Below are positions 21,131 through 30,451 of a DNA stretch of 64,000 nt, piece by piece. The stretch's first letter is position 1; every line of letters starts with the position of its first letter. The notes beneath the pieces were generated by a model. That model was not told where the DNA came from. It saw nothing but the letters and a program-made list of their open reading frames with translations, and ran no database searches. Made by a program: the position numbers and the translations under genes. Origin of the DNA: an uncultured Verrucomicrobiae bacterium (GTDB taxonomy: Bacteria; Chlamydiota; Chlamydiia; Chlamydiales; Rhabdochlamydiaceae); NCBI GenBank assembly GCA_963731265.1, contig CAVSUE010000001.1, positions 1,856,001 to 1,920,000 of the forward strand. Reading direction: 5' to 3'.

Positions 21131-21580
21131 TCACGATTTCATCCAACTGGATTTTTTTCCTTTTTTGTCTTTGGGCTGCTTGCTGCCTTGCTCTTTTTCT
21201 TCCGGTTGGTCTCTACCCCTTTTTCCAAGAGTTTTAGCGAGATCTTCTCCCGCATGAAGAATTTTTTCCTTCGATTCCTGGATCGCTTTCCATTGTTCCG
21301 GAGTGAAATTGGCAGGATTTTCAGCATAATCGACCAGCTGCTCCTCGGAAAGACCGGAGCGTTTGGTAATTTTTTGCGTTTCCAGCATCATTTGCTGGTA
21401 CATTTCGCTCATCATCGCCATGGCTTCTTTTTTTTCTTCAGACGTGCCTTTTTCTATCTGAGCTTTGAGTTGCTGAAAGAAAGTCAGGGATTGGCCGAAC
21501 ACATCGCCGAGATTGATCGATTTGCCCTCCGCCCCTTCCTGGAAAAGCTTTAATAGCCTTTCATACTCATCTTTCAACAT
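21131..21580 (-). CDS. CT635-like chlamydial protein, paralog 1
   Basis: Colinear with the downstream gene (AAEGK/GAEGK, RSGLSEE, ENPANFTPEQW, WMKS). SD AGGAG. Confidence 0.75.
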   Translation of the reverse strand: MLKDEYERLLKLFQEGAEGKSINLGDVFGQSLTFFQQLKAQIEKGTSEEKKEAMAMMSEMYQQMMLETQKITKRSGLSEEQLVDYAENPANFTPEQWKAIQESKEKILHAGEDLAKTLGKRGRDQPEEKEQGSKQPKDKKGKKSSWMKS

Positions 21581-21775
21581 AGGACTCCTGCAGGCTTTGC
21601 CGTGTCAAAGGTGATTATAACCCTTTTGAATTTCATTTTACATGATTTAATTAGCAGCAACAAGGATTTAAAATAATAAATCCCCGTAAGGAATTTACGA
21701 TCATAGATTTAGTACATGATTTTTTGAGTTGCTTTAAACACTTCAAAAGATTAAACCTGTGGTGGAATGGGCTGG

Positions 21776-21894
21776 CTCGACTTTGCAACTTTTGGAGCCC
21801 GCCTGCCTCGCCTATTTGCCCTCGCCGGTTCGACCCATGGTCGAACTGGAAGATTATTTAAGACAGGAAGGGATTAAAAAGTTGCAAAGTCGAG
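21776..21894. mobile_element. CTCGACTTTGCAAC-family MITE, internally deleted and inverted copy
   Basis: Termini CTCGACTTTGCAACTTTT / AAAAGTTGCAAAGTCGAG. The interior matches the reverse complement of the right half of 24071-24255. Confidence 0.8.
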
Positions 21895-21907
21895 GCTAGA
21901 CTTACAA

Positions 21908-22327
21908 ATGCAAAACGCGCTGGAACAATTGCTCGCCACTTTGGCTGAGGAATTGGAGTTCGATGAAATCCCAAAAAAGGAAGAAGGGAATATTTACAAT
22001 GTGTCCTTGAACCCTGAAATTTCGATTGCGGTCCAGCAGATAGATCCCGGGGTTTCTTTTTTGGGAAAAATTGGACCTTGCCCGACTGTAAAAAGAGAAG
22101 ATTTGTTCATCTTATTGATGAAGGCGAATTTCTTAGGTCAGGGGACCGGCGGTGCCGTGATCGCTTTGGATGGAAATGAGAATTTCTTGACACTCTCTTC
22201 CCTTATCCCGTATGACATGAACTATAAAATGTTTAAAGAAGCTTTAGAAGACTTCGCAAATTATCTCGATTACTGGAGAGAAGAACTCGTGCGCCACAAG
22301 AAAGCAGCAGAAGAAAGTATGATCTAA
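21908..22327 (+). CDS. scc4: CesT-family T3SS chaperone Scc4 (CT663-like)
   Basis: Acidic 139-aa protein with LMKANFLGQGTGGAVIALD and FANYLDYW, directly upstream of cdsD. Confidence 0.85.
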   Translation: MQNALEQLLATLAEELEFDEIPKKEEGNIYNVSLNPEISIAVQQIDPGVSFLGKIGPCPTVKREDLFILLMKANFLGQGTGGAVIALDGNENFLTLSSLIPYDMNYKMFKEALEDFANYLDYWREELVRHKKAAEESMI

Positions 22328-22336
22328 AGGGAATAA

Positions 22337-24070
22337 ATGGCTGGTTATCTCATTGCAGAGGAAGGTCCTTTAGCAGGCCTGGTTGTCAGCTTCGAAGAAG
22401 GAGAGGAATGGATTCTTGGACGCGATCCGGATGAAGTGACGCTCGTCCTAGAAGACCCGATGGTCTCGCGCAAGCATGTCATTTGCCGGCTCACTGCCGA
22501 AGGCTACATCCTCGAAAACTTAAGTTCGGTGAATCCAGCAACCCAAAATGGAAAAGTGATCACCGAGCCCGTCCTTCTGCGCGAAGGGGATATCCTGCAG
22601 ATCGGCAGCACCTTTTTTCGGTTTACCGAAAAAACGCCATCGTTTGGTGAGCCCTCCGAAGAGTCGCCCCTCGACCGCGAGACGGAAGTGGTCGAAGAAA
22701 AAGAAGATCTATCCTCGGTGAGCGTCGAAGCCGGAGGAGAAGTTCGCTGGCTGCTCAAGGTGGTTTCAGGGCCCAATAGTGGCGCTGAATTCGCGATGCA
22801 GCGCGGCTCCACATACATCCTTGGAAAAGATCCCAATCTCTGCGACATCGTTTTTCAGGATTTAAGCGTATCCCGGCAGCACGCACGTCTCATCGTCGAT
22901 GAAGAAAACAATATTTTTATTGAGGACTTAGGCAGCCGCAATGGAGTCCTGCTCAACGGCGAGCTGATCCAGGAAAAGCACCCCATTTCTTCTCAAGATC
23001 TCGTCGCTTTGGGGACGACCACATTTTTGATGATCGACCGCGAGCAAATCTACGAGACGATTATTTCACCCCCAGCGGTTCCGGCCATGAAAGCCGAAGA
23101 GCGCGCTGCCCCTACACCCGCTATGGTAGAAGCTGCTGCGGTAAAGCGGGACTGGAGAGAGATGGTCATCCCTAAAAAGCATCTCATCTTCGCCGGGATC
23201 TTCGGCCTTGCGTTGATCGGAGGGATTGCCAGCATGATGGCGCTTTTCCGGACGAAAGAGGTCGTTGTTCACATGCCGGATGAGTCCGAGGCAATTCACA
23301 AAGCAATTGCCGGGTTTGAAGATATCCAATTTTCCTACAATCCTGCGAATGGCAAAGTCTTTTTAGTCGGCCACGTCCTCACAGCGGTCGATAAACAAGA
23401 GCTAGTGTACAAAATCAATAATCTCTCCTTTATCAAATCGATCGATGACAATGTGGTCATCGATGAGTTTGTCTGGGAAAATATGAACGCATTAATGATG
23501 ACAAATTCCAATTGGATCGGCGTTTCTATTTATTCTCCAGTGCCGGGAAAATTTGTGATGCGGGGCTATGTGCAGACTTTGGAGCAAATGTCAGCTCTTA
23601 TCGACTATATGAATTTAAATTTTCCTTACACGGATAAGCTCGAAAACCAGATTGTGGTCGAAACAAACCTCCAGACGCAGATCCAAAGTATGCTCGCAGC
23701 CAAGGGGTTCAGCGGCGTGAATTTTCAGATCAGCAACGGAGAGCTCGTCCTTGCCGGAAGAGTCGACCAAAAGCAGGAATCTGATTTTACCGGCGCGATC
23801 GATCAATTGAAAGCTGTCAAAGGTGTGCGCCTGGTGAAAAATTTTGTGATCTACACGTCCGCAGACACCTCGCGAATCGATGTTTCTTCCCAATATCGAG
23901 TCACCGGCTCTTCGAAAAAGGACGATCAGAATATGTTTATCGTGATCAATGGCAAAATCATGAGTATCGGTGATGCTATTGACGGGATGACAATCACAAG
24001 CATTCTACCAAGTATGGTATTGCTTGAAAAAGATGGATTAAAATTTAGGATTAACTACAATCTGCAATAA
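22337..24070 (+). CDS. cdsD: T3SS inner-membrane ring protein SctD with two FHA domains
   Basis: Two FHA motifs (LGRD...VSRKH; LGKD...VSRQH...SRNG), one TM segment, BON-like periplasmic domains. Confidence 0.92.
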   Translation: MAGYLIAEEGPLAGLVVSFEEGEEWILGRDPDEVTLVLEDPMVSRKHVICRLTAEGYILENLSSVNPATQNGKVITEPVLLREGDILQIGSTFFRFTEKTPSFGEPSEESPLDRETEVVEEKEDLSSVSVEAGGEVRWLLKVVSGPNSGAEFAMQRGSTYILGKDPNLCDIVFQDLSVSRQHARLIVDEENNIFIEDLGSRNGVLLNGELIQEKHPISSQDLVALGTTTFLMIDREQIYETIISPPAVPAMKAEERAAPTPAMVEAAAVKRDWREMVIPKKHLIFAGIFGLALIGGIASMMALFRTKEVVVHMPDESEAIHKAIAGFEDIQFSYNPANGKVFLVGHVLTAVDKQELVYKINNLSFIKSIDDNVVIDEFVWENMNALMMTNSNWIGVSIYSPVPGKFVMRGYVQTLEQMSALIDYMNLNFPYTDKLENQIVVETNLQTQIQSMLAAKGFSGVNFQISNGELVLAGRVDQKQESDFTGAIDQLKAVKGVRLVKNFVIYTSADTSRIDVSSQYRVTGSSKKDDQNMFIVINGKIMSIGDAIDGMTITSILPSMVLLEKDGLKFRINYNLQ

Positions 24071-24255
24071 ACTCGACTTTGCAACTTTTTGGGTCCGAAG
24101 ACCTCGAAATATTTACTCTCGGGGGAGTTATTTAAAACAGGAAGGGGTTTTTTTAACTCCTTCCTGTTTTAAATAATCTCCCAGTTCGACCATAGGGCGA
24201 ACGGCCGAGAGTAAATAGACGAGGCAGGCGGGCCCAAAAAGTTGCAAAGTCGAGT
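24071..24255. mobile_element. 185-bp MITE with TAA direct repeats (ACTCGACTTTGCAAC family)
   Basis: taa-ACTCGACTTTGCAACTTTTTGGG...CCCAAAAAGTTGCAAAGTCGAGT-taa gives 23-bp perfect TIRs. The left TAA is the cdsD stop codon. Confidence 0.88.
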
Positions 24256-24281
24256 TAAACCATGGGTAGGAGTGAAGAATT

Positions 24282-24518
24282 ATGTACGGCTTAGAGAAGA
24301 AAGGGAGAGCGCTCTTCGAATTTGATTTAGAAAAAGAACTGAAAGCCAATCCCAATAAAGCGAAGGATTTGCTTAAAACTGTAGAAGGTCGCATTCAAGA
24401 CATAAAAACAATTTTGCGGCAAGGAACGGAATCGGAAGATTTCGACAAGTTCGGAGTTCTGCTTCACGGGTATGCAGCATTGCAGAAAGTCCTAACTAAA
24501 GTTGCCAACAAGAAATAA
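24282..24518 (+). CDS. cdsE: Needle co-chaperone CdsE (CT665-like)
   Basis: FEFDLEKEL and LLHGYAALQKV motifs; position between cdsD and cdsF. Confidence 0.8.
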   Translation: MYGLEKKGRALFEFDLEKELKANPNKAKDLLKTVEGRIQDIKTILRQGTESEDFDKFGVLLHGYAALQKVLTKVANKK

Positions 24519-24538
24519 AAATATAGAGGAGGAATCCA

Positions 24539-24781
24539 ATGAGCCAATGGGCGACAATATCATTTAGTACCCTGATCAAACAATACATGACCCTACAGAG
24601 CAAGGTCATCTCCCAAGTTCGCGCGGTAGCTAGCAAAATTTCGCAGGCTACGCCAGGCAAATTCCTGTTGTTACAGTTTTCGATGAGCCAAGTCACGCAG
24701 ATTGGAGAATCGATCTCGAACTTGATCTCGCAAGTGCAGGCGGTGGTCAACAACATGGTCCGAAACCAAAAGAGCTCGTAA
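24539..24781 (+). CDS. cdsF: T3SS needle subunit SctF
   Basis: 80 aa; FLLLQFSMSQVTQIGESISNLIS...NMVRNQKS resembles the chlamydial needle C-terminus; strong SD GAGGAGG; synteny. Confidence 0.82.
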   Translation: MSQWATISFSTLIKQYMTLQSKVISQVRAVASKISQATPGKFLLLQFSMSQVTQIGESISNLISQVQAVVNNMVRNQKSS

Positions 24782-24805
24782 AAAATATCAAATTAAGGTG
24801 GCTAC

Positions 24806-25258
24806 ATGGGACAGCTTCAAAAATACCAAACCAAAGACCAATTTCTGCTATTGGCGGAGGCGGGATTCATCGCCATCAATCAATCTGACGAGGATGCAGC
24901 GATCAAATTATTCAAGGCCTCGGAATTGCTCGATCCCCTCAATGTTCTTCCCAAAATCGGAATGGGGTACATGCATCTTTGCAAATTAGAGCTAAAGCAA
25001 GCAGCCAAGTACTTCGAAGACATTTTGGCCAACGACCCCCATAACGAGATGGCACGGGCTTTTTTAGGCTTGAGCTTATCGCTTAACCCTGCTGAACTCG
25101 TTAACGGGGAGAAAGTCCTGGAAGAGGCTTCGCAAAAAGCCAAAGATCCGATGATCAAAAATTTGGCGGCAAGCGCTCTTGAATTTGTGGAAAAATTCGT
25201 CAAAAAGGCCCCCTCCCCCGCTGCCGGCCAGACGCATACCCCCAAAGAAAAGAAATAA
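24806..25258 (+). CDS. cdsG: TPR needle chaperone CdsG (CT667-like)
   Basis: LLAEAGFIAINQSDE motif and TPR-like helices; synteny. Confidence 0.85.
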   Translation: MGQLQKYQTKDQFLLLAEAGFIAINQSDEDAAIKLFKASELLDPLNVLPKIGMGYMHLCKLELKQAAKYFEDILANDPHNEMARAFLGLSLSLNPAELVNGEKVLEEASQKAKDPMIKNLAASALEFVEKFVKKAPSPAAGQTHTPKEKK

Positions 25259-25265
25259 AAGCATG

Positions 25266-25292
25266 GGCAGCAGAAACTGCTGCCGCTTTTTT
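25266..25292 (+). terminator. Terminator after cdsG
   Basis: GGCAGCAG-aaa-CTGCTGCC followed by gcTTTTTT. Confidence 0.7.
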
Positions 25293-25482
25293 ATTCATCA
25301 CAAAAAAAATAGAATAATACATTTTTGTCCCCGCAAAAATGGAATTAACCTCCGCATTATTTTTTTATTCAGAACATCTAGAAGTCTTCAATAGCAAAAA
25401 ACCTCAAAGTGTGTTATTTCTATGGTAAGGGGTAGGTCCTTTGACTTTACCCTTTCCTAAAAAAACTAATAGAGGAAGTTCC

Positions 25483-26142
25483 ATGGTCGACAAGCCTATC
25501 CCCGCAGACATCGAAGACCCCGGCCGCATATATGAAACAATTCCGATAGGCGGCGGCGAATCAGAAAAAAGCGGCCTCGCCGTCCCTACACAGCAATTTT
25601 CTGCGTTTATGAAGCCAGGAAATCCCATGGAGACCGCGGGAAAATCCCCCATGATTTCACCTTTCGGTCTCATGCAAGGGCAGCCTCCTCTCGCCCAAGC
25701 GCCGACAATGGAGACCTTGGTTGCGCAAGTCAATAATGTTCAAAGCACGATGGGCGATATCAACTCGCAACTCAACACTCCTAACCTGAAACTCAAAGCA
25801 TCGACCAAATACTTGGTTAAAAGCAAACTGACGGATGCCAATGACCACTTGCGCACGGCGAATGCCAAACTCGGTGGGGGGATGCCCGAAGAGGCCGACA
25901 TCTCAAAATTTACGGGGCCTTTAGGCCGCTTCTTCGCTTATTTGACCGATGGACAAAACCAAATGAATTCCGCTAAGCAGCAGCTCCAAAACATGAAAGA
26001 TCAAGGGGGAACCCTTTCCCCGGGAGACTTTCTCCTCGTCCAGGTCAAGCTGAACAAAGCGCAGCAATTATTGGAATTTACTTCGGTTCTCTTGTCTAAT
26101 GCCGTTTCTACGATTAAACAAATGATGCAAGTCCAACTTTAA
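25483..26142 (+). CDS. CT668-like T3SS cluster protein
   Basis: Lies between cdsG and cdsN; FLLVQVKLNKAQQLLEFTSVLL...KQMMQVQL. ATG at 25483 with SD GAGGA is preferred to the TTG at 25441. Confidence 0.8.
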   Translation: MVDKPIPADIEDPGRIYETIPIGGGESEKSGLAVPTQQFSAFMKPGNPMETAGKSPMISPFGLMQGQPPLAQAPTMETLVAQVNNVQSTMGDINSQLNTPNLKLKASTKYLVKSKLTDANDHLRTANAKLGGGMPEEADISKFTGPLGRFFAYLTDGQNQMNSAKQQLQNMKDQGGTLSPGDFLLVQVKLNKAQQLLEFTSVLLSNAVSTIKQMMQVQL

Positions 26143-26219
26143 AAGAGGGTTGTTTATCCATGGATCTTATTATTTTTGTCGCTCTAACCGGGGAAAATCC
26201 TCCAACCTCGGTTAAGAAA

Positions 26220-26404
26220 TATACTGCTGACAGTTGAAAGTTATAGAAAATTTCAATTTCAGCGCTTCAATTTTTTGTTTGTTGAAGGAGACCATGTCCA
26301 AGCACTTGGTCGATCGAAACGAACAAAAAGGGCGTCGCAAACGACGGCGGTAAGTGAAGATGCTGAAGCAGGAATTTTCATAACTTTCAAGTGGAAGCAG
26401 TATA
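26220..26404. mobile_element. TA-flanked MITE-like element upstream of cdsN
   Basis: TATACTGCTGACAGTTGAAAGTTAT...ATAACTTTCAAGTGGAAGCAGTATA imperfect TIRs; a related short copy lies at 16555-16603. Confidence 0.75.
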
Positions 26405-26408
26405 AATC

Positions 26409-27725
26409 ATGGACCAGCCTCCGGATTTCGAAAAGTTAATTACCCACCTGGATGAAATCGAGCTGACGACCGTGCATGGCCGCATCACGGAAGTTGTCGG
26501 CATGCTAATCAAAGCCGTCGTTCCTCAAGTGAAGATGAGCGAAGTGGTCATGATCAAGCGCGATGGCGAGCCGCTTATGGCGGAAGTCGTCGGCTTCACG
26601 CGGGATGAGGTCTATCTTTCCCCGCTTGGAGAAATGTCGGGAATAGGGCCTTCATCGGAAGTCATTCCGCTGCGCATGCCGATGCATATTAAAGTGGGGC
26701 CAGGCCTCTTAGGAAGGGTCTTGAACGGCCTTGGCAAGCCGCTTGATACGGATACCAAAGGGCCTTTACTCGTCGAAGAAAGCTACCCCGTCATCGGCCC
26801 CCCTCCCGATCCTTTGAAACGGCAAATGATCAAAGAACCGATCTCCGTGGGGGTCCGCTGTATCGATGGCGTCCTCACCTGCGGGAAAGGGCAACGGATG
26901 GGGATTTTCGCCGCAGCAGGTGGCGGCAAATCGACCTTGTTGGGGATGATCGCCCGCAACGCCCGGGCCGATGTCAATGTCATTTCATTGATCGGCGAAC
27001 GGGGCCGCGAGGTGCGCGAGTTTCTGGAAAACGATCTGGGCACCGAAGGCATGGCCAGGTCTGTCGTCATCGTCTCAACGTCCGATCAAGCCGCTCAACT
27101 GAGGATCAACGCCGCTTATGTCGGTACAGCGATCGCCGAGTATTTCCGGGAGCAGGGAAAAACCGTCATTTTAATGATGGACTCGGTCACGCGTTTTGCC
27201 CGCGCTTTACGCGAGATCGGCCTCGCTGCAGGCGAACCTCCTGCCCGCGCCGGATTTACCCCGTCGGTCTTCGCCACCCTTCCCCGGCTCCTTGAACGGT
27301 CTGGAAATTCAGAGAAAGGCTCGATGACAGCCTTTTACACCATTCTCGTGGCCGGGGATGATATGAATGAACCCGTTTCCGATGAGACCCGTTCGATCCT
27401 CGACGGCCATATTATCCTTTCCTCAGAACTGGCCAGGCAGTACCACTACCCGGCTATCGATGTCCTTGGATCGATCAGCCGTATCTTGCCGCACATCATC
27501 GACAAAGAACACCTGCAGCTTGTAGGGAAGGTACGGGAGGTCCTCGCCAACTATAAGAAAAATGAACTGTTGATCCGCATCGGGGAATATAAACCCGGCT
27601 CCGATAAAGGGGCTGATTTTGCGATCAAGTACATCGATAAAGTCAACCGTTTCCTAAGGCAGCTCATCGACGAAAAATCGAGCTTCGAAGAAACCTTGCA
27701 GCAGCTAAAAGCTCTTTTTAGGTAA
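26409..27725 (+). CDS. cdsN: T3SS ATPase SctN
   Basis: Walker [41 protein letters not shown]. Confidence 0.96.
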   Translation: MDQPPDFEKLITHLDEIELTTVHGRITEVVGMLIKAVVPQVKMSEVVMIKRDGEPLMAEVVGFTRDEVYLSPLGEMSGIGPSSEVIPLRMPMHIKVGPGLLGRVLNGLGKPLDTDTKGPLLVEESYPVIGPPPDPLKRQMIKEPISVGVRCIDGVLTCGKGQRMGIFAAAGGGKSTLLGMIARNARADVNVISLIGERGREVREFLENDLGTEGMARSVVIVSTSDQAAQLRINAAYVGTAIAEYFREQGKTVILMMDSVTRFARALREIGLAAGEPPARAGFTPSVFATLPRLLERSGNSEKGSMTAFYTILVAGDDMNEPVSDETRSILDGHIILSSELARQYHYPAIDVLGSISRILPHIIDKEHLQLVGKVREVLANYKKNELLIRIGEYKPGSDKGADFAIKYIDKVNRFLRQLIDEKSSFEETLQQLKALFR

Positions 27726-27735
27726 ATTTTTTTTC

Positions 27736-28275
27736 ATGGAAGAATCCTCTAAACACTATCCTCTTGAGCAGATCGCAATCATCAAACAAAAAAAGCTCGA
27801 TGAGGCCGAAAGGGTCCTCCGCGAGAAAAAAAAGGCCTTGGAGCGGGAAGAAGAAAAATTGGCTGTCGTCGAGAAAGAACGGAACGAAGTCAAAGACCAT
27901 CGATTTGCCAAACTCACCCAACTGCGCGAAAAAATGGACGAAGGTGCCCCTTCCGACAAGATCCAGCAAATGCGTTACTACCTAAAAGTCGTCGATGAAA
28001 AACTGAAAGCCAAAGAAATCAAAGTCAAAGAACAGCAAAAACAAGTGGAAACAGCTAAGCAGCAGGTGGAAGCCGCCCGCAAAGATCTTGTTAAAAAACA
28101 GCAAGACGTTGAAAAGATCCAGACCCACCGCAATGAATGGGAAAAAGAAATGCACGCCCTGGCCGAGCACAAAGAAGCCCTTGAAACGGACGAAATGGGT
28201 TCCGTACTCCACCAACGCCGCCAAGTCGCCAGCAAAAAAGCCCACTCTCACTCCAAAAAAAAGAAACACCATTAA
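27736..28275 (+). CDS. cdsO: T3SS stalk protein SctO (CT670-like)
   Basis: YPLEQ start, long charged coiled coil, immediately after cdsN. Confidence 0.88.
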   Translation: MEESSKHYPLEQIAIIKQKKLDEAERVLREKKKALEREEEKLAVVEKERNEVKDHRFAKLTQLREKMDEGAPSDKIQQMRYYLKVVDEKLKAKEIKVKEQQKQVETAKQQVEAARKDLVKKQQDVEKIQTHRNEWEKEMHALAEHKEALETDEMGSVLHQRRQVASKKAHSHSKKKKHH

Positions 28276-28358
28276 AAATTTGTTTGTCCTTAATTCGGGT
28301 GGTTCTGGACTTTTGTCTGCGCTGTGGGGTATAGCTTGGAATAAAGGCATGTTTTTTT

Positions 28359-29744
28359 ATGGTGGATGTGAGCAAAGTTGAAGGGCCTTCCGGCTCTCCA
28401 GAAAGTTTTGGGAAAAAAGATAAGGGTTCCGTCGAGGGTGACAAATTCAAAGATGCGATGCGCAAGCGGGTCACCGAAGTAAGCCAAATCGATCCCGACG
28501 AACAAAAAAAACGTAAGCGGCGTGAAGAGGCTGAAGAAGAAGAACCGGCCGAAGGGACGAGCACTGGCCCCGCGACTACCCCTTCCCAAGTTACGCCTTT
28601 TTCTCTCGAGAAAGAGCAAAAAAAAGTCAGCCCCTTAGACATGCAGGGGCCTGGGACTCCCCCTACAGAATCTGCCCAAAAGGTCTCGATGACTGCCCCT
28701 TCGTCAGAGGAAATGGCCGATGATTCCGGAATGCTGGAAGAGGAAGCCTTCCTAGAAAATATTCCAAGCCCGATTTCCGTGGGTGACATGACGGAACGTT
28801 CTATTTCCCAACCTCCCCTTTCGACTCCTCAACCCCCCGTTTCTGAAGGGATGGCCCCTCCAACGAGACAGCCTTCTGTGGCTGCGGCCGCGGAATCAGG
28901 ACAGGAAACAGGACAGCGGCCTCCGGGCAGGCAGCCCTCTCGCCCTCCGGTCGGGCCCCCTCCCGAAAAAAAACCGACCGCTAAGGGGATGGGGCTTGGA
29001 TCGGGACGCCCGCAAGAGCCAAAACAGGCATCCCCTGTTCCAGAAAAAAAAGGCACGACTGGCGCGGAATTAGAACAAACCTCGCTCGCAAAAGCAAGAG
29101 ACACTTCAGGATTTTTTGAACAGCTTGGCCAAGAAGGAGGAGAAAAGGAGGGCAAACCCACAAAAACTCCTGAAGAATTGGCTCAAGAAGCCGCACTTCA
29201 AGAGGCTGTCCCTGCCCAGCCTCCTCCGTTTGCCCCTACACCGGAAGGGGAAAAAAAAGAAAAGCCTGGTGAGGAGCCGGGGTTAGGCGCTTCCCCAGCA
29301 ATCCCTGGAGAACTCCCCGGCATTGCCCTTCCGCCAGCCACGCCCGAGGCTTTGCCATCTTATGCCAATATCCACCCTCAAGTCATGGAACTTTTTGACA
29401 GAATGGTCGGGGTGATGACTGTCATGTCGATGTCAGGCATTACAGAAACAGTGATTACTTTAAACTCCCCTCAATTTGCCTCTTCTGTTTTTTTCGGGAG
29501 TCAAATTATAATCCAAGAGTACAGCACAGCCCCTCAAGCTTATAACATCCAACTTATCGGGACACCTCAAGCAGTAGCACTTTTTCAAGGCAATGCCGAG
29601 GATTTGATGGCGGCATTTCAAGCGGGCAACTATAATTTCCGTGTCAACCGGCTGGAAACGGGTCATTTGACCGATCGCCCTTTGTTTAAGCGCAAAGAGA
29701 AGGCTGGGGGAGAAAAAGACGCAGGAGGAGGAACCCAATCATGA
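28359..29744 (+). CDS. cdsP: Needle-length ruler / substrate-switch protein SctP (CT671-like), long form
   Basis: Pro/Glu-rich disordered middle and a folded C-terminal domain (SSVFFGSQIIIQEYSTAPQAYNI); located between cdsO and cdsQ. Confidence 0.75.
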   Translation: MVDVSKVEGPSGSPESFGKKDKGSVEGDKFKDAMRKRVTEVSQIDPDEQKKRKRREEAEEEEPAEGTSTGPATTPSQVTPFSLEKEQKKVSPLDMQGPGTPPTESAQKVSMTAPSSEEMADDSGMLEEEAFLENIPSPISVGDMTERSISQPPLSTPQPPVSEGMAPPTRQPSVAAAAESGQETGQRPPGRQPSRPPVGPPPEKKPTAKGMGLGSGRPQEPKQASPVPEKKGTTGAELEQTSLAKARDTSGFFEQLGQEGGEKEGKPTKTPEELAQEAALQEAVPAQPPPFAPTPEGEKKEKPGEEPGLGASPAIPGELPGIALPPATPEALPSYANIHPQVMELFDRMVGVMTVMSMSGITETVITLNSPQFASSVFFGSQIIIQEYSTAPQAYNIQLIGTPQAVALFQGNAEDLMAAFQAGNYNFRVNRLETGHLTDRPLFKRKEKAGGEKDAGGGTQS

Positions 29745-30451
29745 ATCCAGTATTGCCGCAAGTTCTATTACGCAAGGTTTCCCCAGAGTCGCAAGAAGCG
29801 CCGGAAGGCCATGCCTCTGATGGGCATTTTCGGGAATTGTTGAAAACTATGCCCGTCGATGAGAACCTTCGCGAGAAAGACTTGTTTGCATTGATTGAGG
29901 AAGAAGAAGCTGAAGAAATTGTGGAAGGAGCTCCGGTCGTTCCGTTCCCTATCCGTTCTTCTCCTGAACAAAAAAAAGAAGGAATCGATGCGCGCATGGC
30001 CGCCATGCCTGCCAATATCCCTCTGCCGTTTTTCTCTTCTTTTTCAAATACGCCTTCTACAACACAGAGTTCTTTATTTCCTCAAATCCAAGCGTTGTTT
30101 GAAAAAATGGCCTCGACAATGATTGTGATGGAGACATCGGGAGAAACGGAAACAACTTTATTTCTCGACAGCCCGCAATTCTCTTCTTCGGTTTTATTCG
30201 GCACAAAAATCACCATCCGCGAATTCAGCACGGCCCCAAAAGCGTTTAACGTCGAAATTGTCGCCTCGCCGCTGGCAATCAACACCATCGACCCTTGCAA
30301 AAACGATCTTTTGGCAGCTTTTCAAAAAAGCCATTTCAACTTTTCCATACATCGTTTTGAAACTCATCTTCACACAGACGACCGTCCCGTATTGCACAGA
30401 AAAGAAAACAGCGATGGCGATCAACAAGAAAGCGACGGAGGCCGTCAATGA
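29741..30451 (+). CDS. Short CdsP paralog with the same C-terminal domain
   Basis: C-terminal ~120 aa align with the preceding gene (SPQFSSSVLFGTKITIREFSTAPKAFNV). ATGA overlaps on both sides. Confidence 0.8.
   Translation: MNPVLPQVLLRKVSPESQEAPEGHASDGHFRELLKTMPVDENLREKDLFALIEEEEAEEIVEGAPVVPFPIRSSPEQKKEGIDARMAAMPANIPLPFFSSFSNTPSTTQSSLFPQIQALFEKMASTMIVMETSGETETTLFLDSPQFSSSVLFGTKITIREFSTAPKAFNVEIVASPLAINTIDPCKNDLLAAFQKSHFNFSIHRFETHLHTDDRPVLHRKENSDGDQQESDGGRQ

Noticed and set aside
24128..24394. 88-aa minus-strand ORF, and similar short antisense ORFs throughout the track
   Set aside because: It lies antisense to cdsE and the MITE. Such ORFs overlap well-supported genes and have no coding motifs.
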